Positions 60,401 through 64,000 of a DNA stretch of 64,000 bases are shown here, one piece after another. The stretch comes from Selaginella moellendorffii (taxonomy: Eukaryota; Plantae; Lycopodiophyta): the NCBI RefSeq assembly GCF_000143415.4, contig NW_003314394.1, positions 1 to 64,000 on the forward strand, given 5' to 3'. Each line of letters begins with the position of its first letter. The first letter of the stretch is position 1. The notes under the pieces are model-generated. The model was not told the origin of the DNA. It worked only from the letters and a program-made list of their open reading frames with translations, and did no database searches. A program made the position numbers and the translations under genes.

Positions 60401-62149
60401 GCACCAGCACAATCCAGAACTTGCACTTGTTCTGCAACCGGACACACAGCAAAGTTCAGCAAAGAGGAAGCACAAAACCATAAAGAACGCTCACCTGAAG
60501 CTGCACCATTCTACTATCCAAGAGTTGTTGCAATGAATAATCTAGTGATCCAGGCAGAGGTAGATGCTCTACTCCTCGTCTAAGTGACCACAAATACACA
60601 ATAAAAAAGAGTGAGGGCAAAGACTCTGAAAGCAACTCCTAGCTACAACATTTATGAAACAACTTACCTCACGGAGAAAGCTGCACAGGAGGCAGCATTT
60701 GTAGAGATTGGAAGAGTCGAAGGGAATGTGGAAAGCCAAACTGCCAAAGTTGGAGTAGCAAGGGTGACGAAAGAAGAGGCAGCCAAGTGTAGGGCTGCCA
60801 AGGAACTGGAGAAAGCTACACAACTACCACCTGCAAGAAGGAAATGACAGGAAGTGAAGACTGCCAGCTTCCCAAAGATAATTGTCCCTGCCATCTGCAG
60901 CAATCAGCTCAGCAATCTCAGGCATCTACAAAGGGAACAGTCAATAGTATTGAGTTCACTGCAAACTAATGATTTCTATTTGTTTTAGCACTGTAAACTG
61001 TAAACTTATCAATGAAAAGTTTCGAAATTTAAGTTTGCCAGTTGCTTGTTTCTAACTGAAAACGTTCAATCAATCCTGACATTTTAAATTTGCCATATTC
61101 TTTCACATGGGGGAATGCTGGAAAATTAACCAAAGTGGGGCAACACTAAATAGTATTGTGCTAGTAACTCTTACCTCAGAACATGATTTTGCATATTAAA
61201 CTGAATATTCAGATTTGTAAAAAATATTTTATTAAAATAAATATGCAAAACTAATTGAATTAACTAAAAGATTAAATCTTTGAGAATTTTTGTTTGTTGA
61301 CTGTTTTGGTTAATTTATTATATTGAGTAAGGACGTTCAAGTCTATCTGTCACTGACTGCATACAACGATAGCAGTTGGTTCGTCATACAGACGGAATAT
61401 GTAGCTTTGTGTCTAAACTGTCAGCTTTACATAACTACGTCTTTTTGATCGAAGCTAAGTACCACTTGACATCTGATTGGACAAAACAGTCTTAAACACT
61501 TCTGATTTATGTGACAGGAAATGAAGCATGGGCATCTGCAGTTGTAAAGTGTCAATATTGTTCCGGGATGATCTGAGGCCTTAGTAGTTAGAGCTTAACC
61601 TGGAGAAACTCTGCAATATCCTCCAGCTCCTCAGGCTCTTTGATCCAATATAAGTAGCACCCACATACTGCTGCCATGTCACATCCATGTTCATGCTCTT
61701 TGTCAACGCATTACGACCTCGAACTATGAGCGACAACACCTTTCGGTCGTAGATGTCATGTCCCAAGAACACGGGGACTTGATCAGACTCATCGTCTGAT
61801 TTCAGCGCAGGGAGATGAAACTCATTCCTCAGGAACAATGCCGCTGTACGCAGATCCATAGTGGCAAGAATCCGTTAATGCCCAAAAACACTGACAAACC
61901 TGCCTAGCTGATCGTCTGAAGGGTTATCCTGGACTACTTGATACTTAGATGCGTCGAGGTCGAACCATCTTCCTCCTTGCACTGTGGTTTGGTTTAGCTT
62001 AAATGCCAGGTTTATTAGCACTGTGCCGCTCATTCCACAGAGCTGAATGAGTCGGTTCTATTGTGCATTTATTGATTTAGTTATGTTATAAATGATGCTA
62101 CACTATGGGGCTGGGCTTCTGTTGAAGATTGGCTCATCACTTTTATCAT

Positions 62150-62295
62150 CGTGATATGCATTCAGTTAATGGAGTATACAAGATTATCACGGGCAATGAT
62201 ACAAAACCGGCTATCAAGGCTGGTGATGAAGCCAGTTCAGAAGCTCTGCGGCAGCGGAAGATTCGTGATAGCAGGGCTGCAGGCTGTATCGTATA
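62150..62295 (+). mobile_element. Ty1/copia gag N-terminal fragment
   Basis: GVYKIITGNDTKP...RDSRAAGCI resembles the copia gag pattern (lw.iv.G...P...rD.kA...I). Confidence 0.45.
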
Positions 62296-64000
62296 TCTTG
62301 TAAGCTTGCTGGTGGTGATTTTGGTAACAGCTCGTCCAGTTGTGATCAGGATACAAATTCTAGGTCATTATCATAATTGGTCTCTCTTGATTCTTTCACT
62401 CCGGCAAAGGCCGGCGAGCTGACGGTATTCTGCATGGTCATTGTTTCTCTTATCGTAAGCTTGGGTACAAAGTCATTAATTGTCCAAACTGTCTGGCACA
62501 TTGATTCTGAGTAGGAGTTGGATGTTCATGGTTTCCAAAATGAAATTGAGGGGAACAGCTTCTTCTATTCTCTGCTGAGTGTTTTGAAGACCATGGTCAA
62601 AGTTGCTGTCAACATTCTTTAACGCACTGCTTAAGTCATGTTTCATTTAACGTCTAATGAAGGTTTTCATAGACGGAATCAGTGGCATAAGTTTTCAGCA
62701 AAGTTTCAGAGGAGGTTGAGGGATTTCTGAAGAACCCAAGATTACATTATTTGGAGCTTTATGCTGCTAAATATGTGGATGCAAATGTTTGCTTGATTGG
62801 ATCTTCGAGGCTTGGTTGGTGGGTTCCAAGAGTTCCTGCTCTATTGGACAAATGAAGTGTTATTCATCTCTGTTGTAAAGGTCACCAGCAGTTTTGAAGT
62901 AGTTCGTTATGGTCTTTGTGCACATGTGAGGGAGGGATGCCTCTACTGGTGATAAGTTATAATTTTCAAGATGAAGGGACAGTCTAACTACTTAGAATCT
63001 CTGTTTAGGTGGTAATATCGGTGAAAGTGATGGTGACGGTAGTGCTTAAGTAAAATGAAGAACAGAATCAGTACCTGAATGTGCTGAAGAAGATGGTGGT
63101 GCGCTGATAACAGTATTGATGGTGACAACTTGTGATGGAGGCGGTCTCCGTAAATAGGGAAGCTAATATTATGTAACCGTCTCAGTCGTCATTATTTGTA
63201 CACGGTTAATCTCAATCAGACATGGGATGATTACATGTCAACTGAGGTAAAAGTGACATGGACTGATGATTAGGCAGATTGAAATATGCACATGATGAGT
63301 TTTTTTATTTTTGGAGGTTTTTGTTTTTACAACTCAAAAAATTGGTGGCAATTTGTTTTATTAAAAAAAATGATATGATATCACATAATATATTTTTAAC
63401 TACGTGTTAAAATATGTTTTAAGATGTGATCTCAACTTAGTAAAATTTATTAAAACCATTGATTTTATCGTTATACTAACTATATAATAAAGCACAAAAC
63501 GTAGTGATAAGGCCCTACATTAGGGATCAAATCAGATTTGTCTAAGTCAAACATCAATTGCCCCTTGTCGAGTAGCTCGACATACGCACAGTACTAGTCT
63601 TCAATTCGTGTTGTATACCTCACCGTTGCGAGCAGACGAGCAGTGGGGTCTCATGATCACGACCTGACTGATGAGATTTCCCATTCTCATCACGAGCTCC
63701 TTGGTTCTCATCGTCACTTCCCATTGTCACGACCTGACTTATGTGGCAATTTCTGGTATAAGATCTGCGTGAAGTTGCCATGTCTTGTGTTGGATGACTA
63801 AAACCAATTATTTTATTGTTCTACTAAAAATTACAAACTCTTGTAAAATGGTAGGAAAATGTTATCACGTCCCTTTCTAGAACACGGCAAACAAACATAC
63901 AGTAGTATCTCCTTATCTTCTGGAACCAAAGATTTCACATTTGTCTAAGTCAAACATCAACTGTTGCAATTGCTGCTTGTCTAGTGGATAGTATTCACGT

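Noticed and set aside
61581-61859. 92-aa - strand ORF
   Set aside because: No recognisable domain or supported exon structure.
63536-63960. 22-bp direct repeat ATTTGTCTAAGTCAAACATCAA (63536, 63939)
   Set aside because: Too little context at the window edge to assign an element or function.

Overview
Eukaryotic, transposon-dense plant DNA. Very short introns, a plant-type 25S rRNA and tRNAs, and the gene families present suggest a lycophyte such as Selaginella (inference only). Two genes look intact: a 4-exon LAP3/MS45-type strictosidine-synthase-like gene (17074-18657, -) and an intronless 12-Cys defensin-like peptide (57063-57311, +). A second secreted peptide runs into an assembly gap. Host pseudogenes include two NPF/PTR transporters, a P450 3' half and a glyoxalase/VOC 3' half. 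Most of the rest is decayed transposon sequence: a near-complete chromovirus with related LTRs, Tat-like and other Ty3/gypsy relics, Ty1/copia relics, TRIMs and a pogo-like DNA transposon. The standout is a ~9.3 kb insertion carrying an L1/Tx1-type two-ORF LINE (APE endonuclease, RT, CCHC). It interrupts a 25S/28S rRNA gene copy at a conserved site about 150 nt downstream of the R2 site, lies antisense to the rRNA, and is flanked by a 17-bp target-site duplication. It is a candidate rDNA-targeting non-LTR retrotransposon in a plant, supported here by one copy only. Just downstream is a relic Asp/Gly/Trp tRNA tandem cluster.
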